This document shows, one piece after another, positions 9,204-18,197 of a DNA stretch of 62,860 nt. Numbering within the stretch: position 1 is the stretch's first letter; each line of letters begins with the position of its first letter. This DNA is from Gaiellaceae bacterium (GTDB lineage Bacteria > Actinomycetota > Thermoleophilia > Gaiellales > Gaiellaceae), in the NCBI GenBank assembly GCA_035639875.1, contig DASQXE010000125.1, forward strand, positions 1 through 62,860, given 5' to 3'. The position numbers and the translations under genes are program-made. The notes below the pieces were generated by a model. That model saw only the letters and a program-made list of their open reading frames with translations. It ran no database searches and was not told the origin of the DNA.

Positions 9204-9691
9204 GACTCGGCTGAGAAGTCCTCGGGTTTGACCTCGTCGAGGAACTTCTTGAACTCCTCGACGACCTCTTCCTGGTTGACGTCTTCCTCATGCTCGAACT
9301 CGATTGCGCTCTCCTCGATGACGGAGTCGTCCGCGAAGATGGGCGCGTCGGCGCGGACGGCGAGCGCGATCGCATCGCTCGGGCGTGAGTCGATCTCGAT
9401 CTCGGAACCGTCGACGGCCACCGTGACGACCGCGTAGAACGTGTTCTCCCGCAGCTCTGTCACTGCGATCCGAACGACACGAGCTTCGAGCTTGTCGAGC
9501 AAGTCCGTGACGAGATCGTGGGTCATTGGGCGCGGCGTACTCGCTCCCTGGAGCTTCATCAGGATGGCCGCGGCCTCGGGGTGGCCGATCCAGATGGGCA
9601 GGAACTTGTTCCCGTCGGCCGTCTTCAGAAGGACGATCGGCTGCTTGCCGACCATGTCGAAGCTGACCCCGTAGATGACCATCTCGTGCAT
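9200..9691 (-). CDS. Bifunctional nuclease family protein (DUF151/BFN)
   Basis: ATG at 9691 (MHEMVIYGVSFD...). Motifs: QPIVLLKTADGNKFLPIWIGHPEAAAI and PRPMTHDL. Acidic C-terminal tail. The upstream part of the track ORF is discarded. Confidence 0.8.
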   Translation of the reverse strand: MHEMVIYGVSFDMVGKQPIVLLKTADGNKFLPIWIGHPEAAAILMKLQGASTPRPMTHDLVTDLLDKLEARVVRIAVTELRENTFYAVVTVAVDGSEIEIDSRPSDAIALAVRADAPIFADDSVIEESAIEFEHEEDVNQEEVVEEFKKFLDEVKPEDFSAES

Positions 9692-9734
9692 GGGCGCCTG
9701 GTTCGGATGATAGCGACGGACTTCTCGCGGGTCT

Positions 9735-10418
9735 TCAGCCCATGTGGGTCGTCCGTATCCGGTGCCGAAGTCCGGGAAACGTCGTCTCACCATCTCGCTC
9801 GCCGGCAACGAGAACGTCGACTGGATGGGGTTCCGCCGGTCGTCCGGTCGGCAGCCAGCCTCGCCCGGTCGGCGTGAGGATGAGCACACCGTCCCTACCG
9901 CCCATGAAGGCGAGCCGTCCAGGCTCGAGCTCGCCGTCCCACAAGCGGATACCGAACGGCTCGAGAGCAAACGCCATCGCCCGCGTGTCGGGGCCGACGA
10001 CGCCGAGCTCGCACATGCCGAGAAGCTCCTGACTCACGAACGGGCCGCCGCCGGGCGTCTGCTCCGGCAGCTCGTGATGTGCGATGAGCTCGACGATGTT
10101 TCCGGCCGGATCGAGCCCATAGCATGCCTCGGCGTTCCAGTTGTCGAATGGAAACACCTCCTCGCCGGTCTCGGGATCCGGTAGAAGCTCGGTGTGACCA
10201 CGCAACCACTCGCGCGCGGCGTCGAAGCGGTTTCGCGGGACGCGGAGAGCGAAGTGGTAAAACGGCTCGCCGTCGTCCACCGGGACGAATTCCAGCACCG
10301 TTCCGTCAGCGCGGACTCCGCCATTGGCCGCAGCAAGCGCGAATCGTTCTCGGTAGAAGGCTTCGACCGCCTCGCTCGTCCGGCGGCTCACCTGGAGCCG
10401 AACCTGGAGGATCTGCAT
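9735..10418 (-). CDS. VOC (glyoxalase/bleomycin-resistance/dioxygenase) family protein, two-domain
   Basis: 227 aa. N-terminal beta-alpha pattern (ILQVRLQVSRRTSEAVEAFY) and HFALRV. The ATG lies 7 nt downstream of the tRNA 3' end. Confidence 0.65.
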   Translation of the reverse strand: MQILQVRLQVSRRTSEAVEAFYRERFALAAANGGVRADGTVLEFVPVDDGEPFYHFALRVPRNRFDAAREWLRGHTELLPDPETGEEVFPFDNWNAEACYGLDPAGNIVELIAHHELPEQTPGGGPFVSQELLGMCELGVVGPDTRAMAFALEPFGIRLWDGELEPGRLAFMGGRDGVLILTPTGRGWLPTGRPAEPHPVDVLVAGERDGETTFPGLRHRIRTTHMG

Positions 10419-10425
10419 GCCGAAG

Positions 10426-10499
10426 TGGGCGATCGTGGACTCGAACCACGGACCTCCGCCTTATCAGAGCGGCGCTCTAACCAGCTGAGCTAATCGCCC
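10426..10499 (-). tRNA. tRNA-Ile (anticodon GAT), no encoded CCA
   Basis: Hand-folded cloverleaf from the reverse complement: GGGCGAT TA GCTC AGCTGGTTA GAGC G CCGCT CTGATAA GGCGG AGGTC CGTGG TTCGAGT CCACG ATCGCCC A. All four stems pair. 74 nt. Confidence 0.93.
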
Positions 10500-10522
10500 G
10501 CGCCGGGAGATTGTAGCGACCG

Positions 10523-10771
10523 CTAATGCAGGTGCCTGGTCGCTAGAAGGTAATCCTCGGCTGCGAACAGGAAGCTCTCGTCGCGGGCGAGCTCGAGCAC
10601 ATTCTCCTTCGTCTTAGCATCGAGCTCGGCGTCCGAGTCGACAGCCGCAATGAAGCCGCCCAGACGGCCGCCGCGGGCCAGGCCCGCCATGCGAAGGATG
10701 ATCTCGCGGATAGCAGCGTCCTGGTTGATCGCCTCGAGCGACTCGATGTCCTGCAGCCACAGCGCCGGCAT
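10523..10771 (-). CDS. Hypothetical acidic 82-aa protein downstream of parB
   Basis: ORF with high third-position GC, co-directional and 33 nt after parB. I recognise no family. Confidence 0.5.
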   Translation of the reverse strand: MPALWLQDIESLEAINQDAAIREIILRMAGLARGGRLGGFIAAVDSDAELDAKTKENVLELARDESFLFAAEDYLLATRHLH

Positions 10772-10804
10772 GTCTTACCCACAACGCGGCCCGGGGCCGA
10801 TCGG

Positions 10805-11647
10805 TTACGGCTCGATCCGTTCGAGGGCCTCGGCGAGCTCCTCGAGCTCGACCTCGTCCGAGAACGGAATCTCGATCCGCGTGTCGGTCACTCTGACCGA
10901 TCGTCCGACAACCCTCTCGATCGCGGTCCGCGCCCGCTCGGCGAGAGCGGGATCGATACGCCGCGCCCTGCGCGGCTTCGTTTGCGCTCCTGACCAGCGC
11001 GCGGCGCGTTCGGTCGCGCGCACGGTGAGACCTTTGCGCAGCACCTGCCGCGCCAGCGCGCGGCGATCGTCATGACCGGGCACGGCGAGAATCGCCCGCG
11101 CATGCCCCTCGGTCAGCTGCCCGCGCTCGAGCAGGCCGATCACGTCTTCGGGCAGATCGAGGAGCCGGATCCGATTGGAGATCGTCGGCTTCGAGCGCCC
11201 GACGCGCTCAGCGACGTCCCCAAGCGACAGTCCGAACTCGTCCATGAGCACCGCGTACGCGCGCGCCTCCTCGATCGGTGAGAGATCTTCACGGGCGACG
11301 TTCTCGACGAGAGCAAGGAGGAGCGAATCGCGGTCGTCGGTCTCCCGCACAAGCGCGGGAATCGTCGCGAGGCCGGCCGCCCGGGCTGCCCGCCAGCGGC
11401 GCTCCCCCGCTATCAGCTCCCAGCTCCCTTCCGCCGGACGGACGACGACCGGTTGGACAAGGCCCTGCGCCCGGACGGAGTCGGCCAGCTCCGTGATGCT
11501 CTCGGTGTCGAAGCGCCTGCGCGGCTGCCGGCCGTTCGGCCGAATCGACCCCAGCGGCAGCTGGACGAGCTCCGGCGAGGATCCGGCCCCGCCGATCAGC
11601 ACTTCGAGGCCGCGGCCCAGGCCGCGCCGGTTAGCTGCGGTCGACAA
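10805..11647 (-). CDS. parB: Chromosome partitioning protein ParB
   Basis: RRGLGRGLEVLI box, HTH region and ParB-N motifs (GERRWRAA). I prefer the TTG at 11647 (17-nt overlap with parA) over the track start at 11773, which would overlap parA by 143 nt. Confidence 0.9.
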   Translation of the reverse strand: MSTAANRRGLGRGLEVLIGGAGSSPELVQLPLGSIRPNGRQPRRRFDTESITELADSVRAQGLVQPVVVRPAEGSWELIAGERRWRAARAAGLATIPALVRETDDRDSLLLALVENVAREDLSPIEEARAYAVLMDEFGLSLGDVAERVGRSKPTISNRIRLLDLPEDVIGLLERGQLTEGHARAILAVPGHDDRRALARQVLRKGLTVRATERAARWSGAQTKPRRARRIDPALAERARTAIERVVGRSVRVTDTRIEIPFSDEVELEELAEALERIEP

Positions 11648-12383
11648 GCTCGCTCGCGACGCGATAGTACGCGTCGGCCCCGGCCGAGGCCGGGTCGTAG
11701 AAGGTGATCGGCAAGCCGTGGCTCGGAGCTTCGGCCAGGCGGACGCTGCGCGGGACAACGGCGTCGAAGACAAGCTCTCCGAAGTGGCGGCGGACTTCCG
11801 CAGCCACGTCCGCCGCCAGGCGGGTACGGGCGTCCACCATCGTCAGGAGCATCCCCGCGAGCGCGAGGCGTGGGTTCAGGCGCGCGCGGACGAGCTCGAT
11901 CGAATGGAGAAGCTGCGCGAGGCCTTCGAGTGCGTAGTACTCGCACTGCACGGGGACGAGCACGCGATCGGCCGCCGCCAACGCGTTCACGGTCAGCGGC
12001 CCGAGCGACGGAGGGCAGTCGATAAACGCGTAGTCGTAGCGCTCGCGTGCCGGCGCAAGGGCCGAGGCGAGAAAGGACTCCCCGTCGCTGTGCGCCGCCA
12101 GCTCCACAGCGGCACCAGCAAGCTCGGGCCGGGAAGGAACGAGGTCGAGATTCGGGAACCGCGTCGCGTGCGCCAGCTGCTCGAGCGGCGCCCCATCCAG
12201 CAGGTCATAGGAGGACGTCCCGTTCGCGCTCTCCCCGAGCCCCGATGTGGCGTTCGCCTGCGGATCGAGATCGAGGACGAGCGTGCGCCCACCCGCCTCG
12301 GCGAGGCAAGCAGCGAGATTGACGGCGGTGGTCGTCTTGCCGACACCGCCCTTCTGGTTGGCAAGCGCGAGGATCGTCCCCAC
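11631..12383 (-). CDS. parA: Chromosome partitioning ATPase ParA/Soj
   Basis: Deviant Walker A motif LANQKGGVGKTTTAVNLAA. 250 aa. Confidence 0.95.
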   Translation of the reverse strand: MGTILALANQKGGVGKTTTAVNLAACLAEAGGRTLVLDLDPQANATSGLGESANGTSSYDLLDGAPLEQLAHATRFPNLDLVPSRPELAGAAVELAAHSDGESFLASALAPARERYDYAFIDCPPSLGPLTVNALAAADRVLVPVQCEYYALEGLAQLLHSIELVRARLNPRLALAGMLLTMVDARTRLAADVAAEVRRHFGELVFDAVVPRSVRLAEAPSHGLPITFYDPASAGADAYYRVASELVDRS

Positions 12384-12398
12384 GCTCTCGAACCCTAA

Positions 12399-12995
12399 TC
12401 AGGCGAGAGGACGTTTTCGGGCGACGCCCGGGCGGCGCGGGAAGCGATCCGGAGTCGACCCCAGCTTGCGGATGACGATGAGGCCCGGGGGGCACTCCTC
12501 CACCTCCGCCGCCACAAGCGCGGCCGCCTTCGCAACCGCGGTTTGCTCCGCAGACGGACCGACGAAGAGGATCGCCCGGCCGCCCTCTCGCACGAGCGGG
12601 AGGCACCACTCGGCGGCCACCACGGGGGGCGCCAGTGCGCGCGCGACAGCCGTCGCGTAGGCGTCCCGGCCCGAATCGCGAGCGTGCTCCTCGGCGCGGC
12701 CACAGAGAACGGCCACGTTCTCGAATTCCTCCGCCCACCGGTCGAGGAATTCGCACTTCTTGCGGTTCGACTCGAGCAGATCGAAGCGAAGGTCTGGGCG
12801 AGCGGCCGCGAGCGGCAAGCCCGGTGACCCTCCTCCGGCGCCCACGTCCACGACAGGGCCGGCTTCCAGAAACGGAACGGCGGCGAAAGCCCCTTCGAGG
12901 TGCAACCGCCGCGCAGCAGCGCGACCCCGAACGGACGTCAACCCAGGAGTCTCGAGCAGCGCCGCGAGCCAGCGCTCGAGACGCTCGTCAGCCAA
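12399..12995 (-). CDS. rsmG: 16S rRNA (guanine527-N7)-methyltransferase RsmG/GidB
   Basis: SAM motif VDVGAGGGSPGLPLA, plus its position between jag and parA. Confidence 0.9.
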   Translation of the reverse strand: MADERLERWLAALLETPGLTSVRGRAAARRLHLEGAFAAVPFLEAGPVVDVGAGGGSPGLPLAAARPDLRFDLLESNRKKCEFLDRWAEEFENVAVLCGRAEEHARDSGRDAYATAVARALAPPVVAAEWCLPLVREGGRAILFVGPSAEQTAVAKAAALVAAEVEECPPGLIVIRKLGSTPDRFPRRPGVARKRPLA

Positions 12996-13680
12996 CAGGC
13001 TTGACGACCACGTAGCGGTTGGGCTCCGTGCCCTCGCTTACGGTCTCGACATCGTCCCGGCTCTGGAGATGGAGATGGATGATCTTGCGCTCCACCGAGC
13101 TCATCGGTTCGAGAGCAACCTCTTTGCCGGAAGCCCGGGCTTCGCCCGCTGCTCGATCGGCAAGCTGCTCGAGCGACGCCCGTCGGCGGTCGCGGTAACC
13201 CGCAGCGTCGACGACCACGCTCTTCCGGTCCTCGTACCCCCGCCAGACAATCGCGTTGGCGAGGTACTGAATGGCGTCGATCGTCTGCCCGTGCTTGCCG
13301 ATCACGAGACCCAGGTCAGGCCCGCTAAGGGTCGCGACAAGGGCCTCGTCGTCCTCACGAATGGACACCGCCACGGGAGCTCCGAGCGCGGCGGTGATCC
13401 GCTCCACCAGCTCGCGCAGGCGAGCCGCCGGTGAGCCAGGCTCCTCCTCCGCGACCGGAGCAACTGCGAAGTTGCTGACGGAGGCGATCACGCGCGCGGG
13501 CGCATAGCCGACGCCGAGCAGGCCGCGCTCGCCTTCGGAAATGACCGCGAAACGGACGCTGCCCTTGTCGAGACCCGGAAAGCGGCGCTCGAGCTCGCGT
13601 AGAGCCGACCACTTCGCCTCGCCGACGGTTTCGCCCTCGGCCTCGACTTGGAGCGGAGTTTCGGCCTCTTGCTCCGTCAT
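12988..13680 (-). CDS. jag: Jag/KhpB-like RNA-binding protein (KH + R3H domains)
   Basis: KH-like GKHGQTIDAIQYLAN and R3H-like LEPMSSVERKIIHLHL. Position after yidC. Confidence 0.88.
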   Translation of the reverse strand: MTEQEAETPLQVEAEGETVGEAKWSALRELERRFPGLDKGSVRFAVISEGERGLLGVGYAPARVIASVSNFAVAPVAEEEPGSPAARLRELVERITAALGAPVAVSIREDDEALVATLSGPDLGLVIGKHGQTIDAIQYLANAIVWRGYEDRKSVVVDAAGYRDRRRASLEQLADRAAGEARASGKEVALEPMSSVERKIIHLHLQSRDDVETVSEGTEPNRYVVVKPVG

Positions 13681-14507
13681 CGCCGCGACCGCGGACCTTT
13701 CTTCTTGCGCCGCCGGACACGCTGCTGGCCGGGCTGAGTCGCCCGAGACGGCTGCACAGACTTCGCTGGACCACCTCCGTCACCCGTGGGAGCCGCCTTG
13801 GGCGGTGTGCGCGACGTGCGCTTGGGCGGCGGGGGCGGCTTCGGGAACATCCGCCGGGTGACGAGGCCCTGGCCGACCGTCCACAGGTTCGTCGTCACCC
13901 AGTAGAGAAGCAGGCCGACGGGGAACGTGGCGTTGACGATGAAGATGATGAAGACGAACGGGAGCGCGATGAAGACCCAGCGCTGGCGTGGGTCCGTCAT
14001 CGGCATGGAGATGATCGACGCGAGCTGGCTCGCCACGTACACGGCGACCAGGAGCCAACCCGACCAGTGGGCCGTGATGTTGTCCGTGATGTTGGGGACG
14101 ACGTTCAGCCAGCCGAGGTCGGAACCCGGGTACTTCTCCGCCACCGTCTTTTCGAAGCCACGCAGGACGTAATACAGGGCGATGAAGACCGGGAACTGGA
14201 TCAACAAGGGGAAGCACGAAGCCGCCGGGTTGATCTTGTTCTCCCGGTAGAACTTCATGACCTCCTCGTTCATCCGCTGGCGGTCGTTCTTGTACTTCTG
14301 CTGAATCGCCTTCAGCTCCGGCGCATGCTGCTGAAGGTGCTGCATCGAGCGGATCTGCTTGATCGTGAGCGGCAGGATCACGAGGCGGACGAGCAGCGTC
14401 AGCGCGATGATCGCCCAGGCCCAAGGCAGACCGATCGCCGTGTGGAGCCACTCGAGGATGGCGCGCAGCGGGCGCTCAATCGGTTCCAGGATGGCGAGGA
14501 AGATCAC
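13677..14507 (-). CDS. yidC: Membrane protein insertase YidC (short form)
   Basis: 276 aa. Motifs: TIKQIRSMQHLQQHAPELKAIQQKYKND and PLLIQFPVFIALY. Basic C-terminal tail. Confidence 0.93.
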   Translation of the reverse strand: MIFLAILEPIERPLRAILEWLHTAIGLPWAWAIIALTLLVRLVILPLTIKQIRSMQHLQQHAPELKAIQQKYKNDRQRMNEEVMKFYRENKINPAASCFPLLIQFPVFIALYYVLRGFEKTVAEKYPGSDLGWLNVVPNITDNITAHWSGWLLVAVYVASQLASIISMPMTDPRQRWVFIALPFVFIIFIVNATFPVGLLLYWVTTNLWTVGQGLVTRRMFPKPPPPPKRTSRTPPKAAPTGDGGGPAKSVQPSRATQPGQQRVRRRKKKGPRSRR

Positions 14508-14752
14508 TTGAAGAGCGGGAAGAGGCGCTGGTCACACACATAATCCACGCCGCCGTGACTCCACGGATTGCAACGCACCAGACGCCAGAGCGCGAGGACG
14601 ACGCCGCGGACAAACCCGAATTCGCGCAACGCGTCGAGCGCGTACTGCGAGCAGCTCGGGTGGTATTTGCACCGCCCGCCGACCGTGCGCGGGACAAGCG
14701 GGCTCAGGAGACGGCGGTACCCCTGGACGAGCAAGACCGCGAGCGCGGTCAT
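14504..14752 (-). CDS. yidD: Membrane protein insertion efficiency factor YidD
   Basis: YRRLLSPL...CKYHPSCSQYALDAL. Confidence 0.9.
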   Translation of the reverse strand: MTALAVLLVQGYRRLLSPLVPRTVGGRCKYHPSCSQYALDALREFGFVRGVVLALWRLVRCNPWSHGGVDYVCDQRLFPLFK

Positions 14753-15102
14753 GAGCTCTCCTTGCGAAAGACCTCGGCGACGCGCTCGGTCAGCCAGGGC
14801 AGTCCGCGGCTGTCGGCCGCCTCGTTCAGAGCAGGGCGGGCGATCAGGACGTAGTCGTTGTCGCCCGACAGGCTGTCCACTACCTCGTCGAAGGCGGCGC
14901 GCAGCTGCCGCTTTAGACGGTTGCGCTCGACGGCGCCGCCCAGCGCACGGGAGACAGCCAGACCGAGGCGGGGGCCTTCGCCGTCGGCCTCGGGTCGCGG
15001 GAACGAGTACAGGACGAGGAAGCGAGTTGCGGTCGAGCGGCCGTGGCGGTAGACGGCGTCGAAATCGCGCGAGCGAGAAAGGCGGTGCCGGCGTTTCACC
15101 AC
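14749..15102 (-). CDS. rnpA: Ribonuclease P protein component
   Basis: RLSRSRDFDAVYRHGRS, 117 aa, between rpmH and yidD. Confidence 0.9.
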   Translation of the reverse strand: MVKRRHRLSRSRDFDAVYRHGRSTATRFLVLYSFPRPEADGEGPRLGLAVSRALGGAVERNRLKRQLRAAFDEVVDSLSGDNDYVLIARPALNEAADSRGLPWLTERVAEVFRKESS

Positions 15103-15109
15103 GCGCGTG

Positions 15110-15244
15110 TCAGGCCGAGAGACGCTTACGCCCCTTCGCGCGGCGCCGCTTCAGGATCGCGCGGCCCGCCCGAGTTGCCATCCGCGCCCGGAACCCATGC
15201 CGACGCTTTCGCCGGCGTACGTTCGGCTGAAAAGTTCGCTTCAC
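15110..15244 (-). CDS. rpmH: 50S ribosomal protein L34
   Basis: GTG start at 15244: [44 protein letters not shown] (44 aa). This is the C-terminal part of the track ORF 15110..15475. Confidence 0.93.
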   Translation of the reverse strand: MKRTFQPNVRRRKRRHGFRARMATRAGRAILKRRRAKGRKRLSA

Positions 15245-15340
15245 TGGAGCTCTGGAAAGAAGAAGGCCGCCTGAGCGACCGGCTCCGAGAGTATAGAGGA
15301 GCACCTTCGGGCCAAGCGCGAAGACTTTTTTCCGCGCACG

Positions 15341-15416
15341 AAATCCACAGCCCGAAAGCCCCATCCTGGGCGGCCTCGCAGCACCTTTCCACAGCTGTGG
15401 AGACCCGTGTGGAAAC
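15341..15416. promoter_or_regulatory. DnaA-box cluster (candidate oriC segment and/or dnaA autoregulatory region)
   Basis: Four TCCACA-core 9-mers: AAATCCACA 15341-15349 (+), CTTTCCACA 15385-15393 (+), GTCTCCACA 15404-15396 (-), GTTTCCACA 15416-15408 (-). Boxes 2 and 3 form the palindrome CCACAGCTGTGG at 15389-15400. Confidence 0.6.
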
Positions 15417-15541
15417 AAACAAAACTCCTGCTCAGAGGCCATTTCTTGTCGTCTGAACAGACGCCGCCGGCGCATTGTGGGGCCCGAGAGGCGTTGCTAT
15501 GATCGCCGCTTCCCGGAGTCGGCGGAGGAGCAGCACGCGGC

Positions 15542-16876
15542 TTGAAGCAGCCAGTCCAACTGGGCGCGGAGACTTTATGGACCGAGGTTTCCGCACGTCT
15601 CAAAGAAGCGCTCAGCGACGGCCCCTATACCCAGTGGTTTTCCGGCGCACAGGGGACGCTCGCCGACGACGCCTTCGTCCTCAGTGTGCGCGACGACTTC
15701 ACGCGCGAGTGGGTCGACAGTCACTATCGCGGTTTTCTCGAAGCCGCCGTCAGCGCGGCTCTCGACGAGGCGCGCCCAGTGCGCATCGTCGCCGCTGACC
15801 AAGGGCGCCACGACGCCCAGCTCGTGGCGCCGGCGCCGCGCGGGCTCGAAGGCCTGAACCCGAAGTACAGCTTCGACTCGTTCGTCATCGGCTCCTCGAA
15901 CCGCTTCGCCCACGCGGCCGCGCTTGCCGTCGCCGAGGCGCCGGCGCAGGCCTACAACCCACTCTTTATCTACGGCGGAACCGGTCTCGGGAAGACGCAC
16001 CTTCTTCAGGCGATCGCCAGCTACGTCGGCGAGCACTCACGCAACTTCTCGGTCCGCTACGTGACGAGCGAAACCTTCATGAACGACTTCATCAACTCGC
16101 TCCGCGACAAACGCATCGAGGGGTTCAAGCACCGGTACCGCCACTACGACGTCCTGCTCGTCGACGACATCCAGTTCTTCGAGCACAAGGAGCGGATCCA
16201 GGAGGAGTTCTTCCACACCTTCAACAGCCTCTACGAGGCGGGGCGGCAGATCGTGATCTCGTCCGACCGCCCGCCGCGCGCCATTGCGACTTTGGAAGCG
16301 CGGCTGCGCTCGCGGTTTGAATGGGGGCTCATCACCGACATCCAGGCGCCGGACCTCGAGACTCGCATCGCGATCCTGCGCAAGAAAGTGAAGACGGATG
16401 CAATCCACGTCCCTGATTCGCAGGTCTTGACGTTCATCGCAAGCAGAATCTCGACGAACATTCGCGAGCTCGAGGGGGCGCTGACCCGCGTCGTCGCGTT
16501 TTCATCCCTGACCGGCCGGCCGATGACGGTCGACTTGGCTCAGGAAGTCCTCAAGGACGTCTTCCCGCAGGGCGAGCTCCCGGAGGTCTCGGTCGAACGC
16601 ATCCAGGAGACGATCATCGAGCGCTTCGGTATCTCGATGCAGGAGCTGGTCGGCGACCGGCGTTCGCAGTCGATCGTCTATCCGCGCCAGGTGGCCATGT
16701 ACCTCTGCCGCGAGCTGACCGACAGCTCTCTCCCGAAGATCGGCAAGAAGTTCGGCGGGCGCGACCACACGACCGTCATTCACGCGACCTCGAAGATCGC
16801 CAAGCTCATCCAGGAAGACCGAAGTGTCTACAACCTGGTGCAGGAGCTGACAGCGCGCATCAAACAACCGCGCTGA
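15542..16876 (+). CDS. dnaA: Chromosomal replication initiator DnaA
   Basis: TTG start, 444 aa. AAA+ Walker [20 protein letters not shown], and C-terminal DNA-binding domain ([11 protein letters not shown]). Confidence 0.97.
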   Translation: MKQPVQLGAETLWTEVSARLKEALSDGPYTQWFSGAQGTLADDAFVLSVRDDFTREWVDSHYRGFLEAAVSAALDEARPVRIVAADQGRHDAQLVAPAPRGLEGLNPKYSFDSFVIGSSNRFAHAAALAVAEAPAQAYNPLFIYGGTGLGKTHLLQAIASYVGEHSRNFSVRYVTSETFMNDFINSLRDKRIEGFKHRYRHYDVLLVDDIQFFEHKERIQEEFFHTFNSLYEAGRQIVISSDRPPRAIATLEARLRSRFEWGLITDIQAPDLETRIAILRKKVKTDAIHVPDSQVLTFIASRISTNIRELEGALTRVVAFSSLTGRPMTVDLAQEVLKDVFPQGELPEVSVERIQETIIERFGISMQELVGDRRSQSIVYPRQVAMYLCRELTDSSLPKIGKKFGGRDHTTVIHATSKIAKLIQEDRSVYNLVQELTARIKQPR

Positions 16877-16916
16877 ACAGCCTCCTGTGCAAATCTTCAG
16901 AAACCTGAGGAAGACT

Positions 16917-16958
16917 GGGAGAACCTCCTAAATGCTGTTGAATCATTTAGGTTCTCCC
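16917..16958 (+). other. Stem-loop in the lowest-GC stretch of the dnaA-dnaN spacer (possible dnaA terminator or origin unwinding-region element)
   Basis: GGGAGAACCTCCTAAATG - CTGTTGAAT - CATTTAGGTTCTCCC. Arms are complementary except for a 2-nt bulge. There is no downstream T-tract. Confidence 0.4.
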
Positions 16959-17057
16959 CAACCTTTCTCCACGGCCAAAACAGCCATGCCATGCGGAAAG
17001 CAGCCGTCATCCCCGTCATGCACACTCCCTATGACTACGACGAGAGGTTCTCTTTAA

Positions 17058-18197
17058 ATGACAACCATCGATACGGTTGTTGGGACAAGCATGAAGGTCA
17101 TTTGCCCGAAGGAAGAACTGGCCGAGAAGCTTCAAGTCGCTGGGCGTGGCGTGTCGACCAGGACCAGCGTTCAAATCCTCGCGGGCATCCTGCTTCGCGC
17201 GGCAGCCGGACGACTGTCGATCTCGGCCACCGACATGGAGATCTCACTTCGCGCGGGGCTCGAGGCGCAGGTGGACGACGAGGGCGCAGTCGTGGTGCCG
17301 GGTCGCCTGCTCGTGGACATCGTGCGCCTTCTACCTGCAGGCGACGTGACGATTGCACATCGCGCGGAGGAGGGCGTAGCCGAGATCGTCTGCGGCTCGG
17401 CCTCCTATCGCTTGCACACCTATGCCGCCGAGGACTTCCCGCGCTTGCCGGAGATCGACGAAGGCGTGGCCTTCTCCGTCGAGAGGGAGGCGTTCGTCGA
17501 CACGATCGGCCGCGTCGGTCGGTCGGCCTCGCGCGATGAGAGCCGCCCCGTCCTCACCGGGATCCTGGTCCGCTTCGAGAACGAGAAGCTCGTTATGGCG
17601 GCTACCGACTCCTATCGGTTGAGCGTCAAGGAAACTCCGCTCGAGCAAGGACCGGGTCGCGAGGTCGAGGCCATCGTCCCGGCCCGTGCACTTGCCGAGC
17701 TCGCACGTATCGCGCAGACGGGCGGCCCCGGCACGATTGAAGTCGGAATCCAGGAAAACCAGATCGTGTTCGGCGTCGACGACGTCCGGTTGACCGCCCG
17801 TCGCATCGACGGTCAGTTCCCGAATTACAAGCAGCTCCTACCGGAGACCTTCGAAGCCGAGGTGACGATGCCTCGCGAAGAGCTTCTAGACGTCGTCCGG
17901 AGGACCTCGGTGATGGCGCAGCGCAAGTCGCCGCTTCGGCTGCGGTTCGAGGACGGTGAGCTGACGGTCTCGGCGCAGACGCAGGACATCGGCGAGGCGC
18001 GGGAGTCGCTGCCGGTCTCGTACTCGGGTGACGTGCTCGAGATCGGCTTCAACGCCGAGTTTCTCCGCGATGGCTTGGAGTCAATCAGCGACGACTCGGT
18101 GCGCATCAAGCTGATCAGCCCTCTCCGCCCTGGGCTCATCCACGGCGAGGCCGACGATTTCCTCTACCTGATCATGCCGATCAGGCTGGCCGGCTGA
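17058..18197 (+). CDS. dnaN: DNA polymerase III beta sliding clamp
   Basis: 379-aa ORF with three-domain clamp pattern. The alternative ATG at 17091 (MKVICPKEEL) matches the usual N-terminus better, so the start is uncertain. Confidence 0.95.
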   Translation: MTTIDTVVGTSMKVICPKEELAEKLQVAGRGVSTRTSVQILAGILLRAAAGRLSISATDMEISLRAGLEAQVDDEGAVVVPGRLLVDIVRLLPAGDVTIAHRAEEGVAEIVCGSASYRLHTYAAEDFPRLPEIDEGVAFSVEREAFVDTIGRVGRSASRDESRPVLTGILVRFENEKLVMAATDSYRLSVKETPLEQGPGREVEAIVPARALAELARIAQTGGPGTIEVGIQENQIVFGVDDVRLTARRIDGQFPNYKQLLPETFEAEVTMPREELLDVVRRTSVMAQRKSPLRLRFEDGELTVSAQTQDIGEARESLPVSYSGDVLEIGFNAEFLRDGLESISDDSVRIKLISPLRPGLIHGEADDFLYLIMPIRLAG

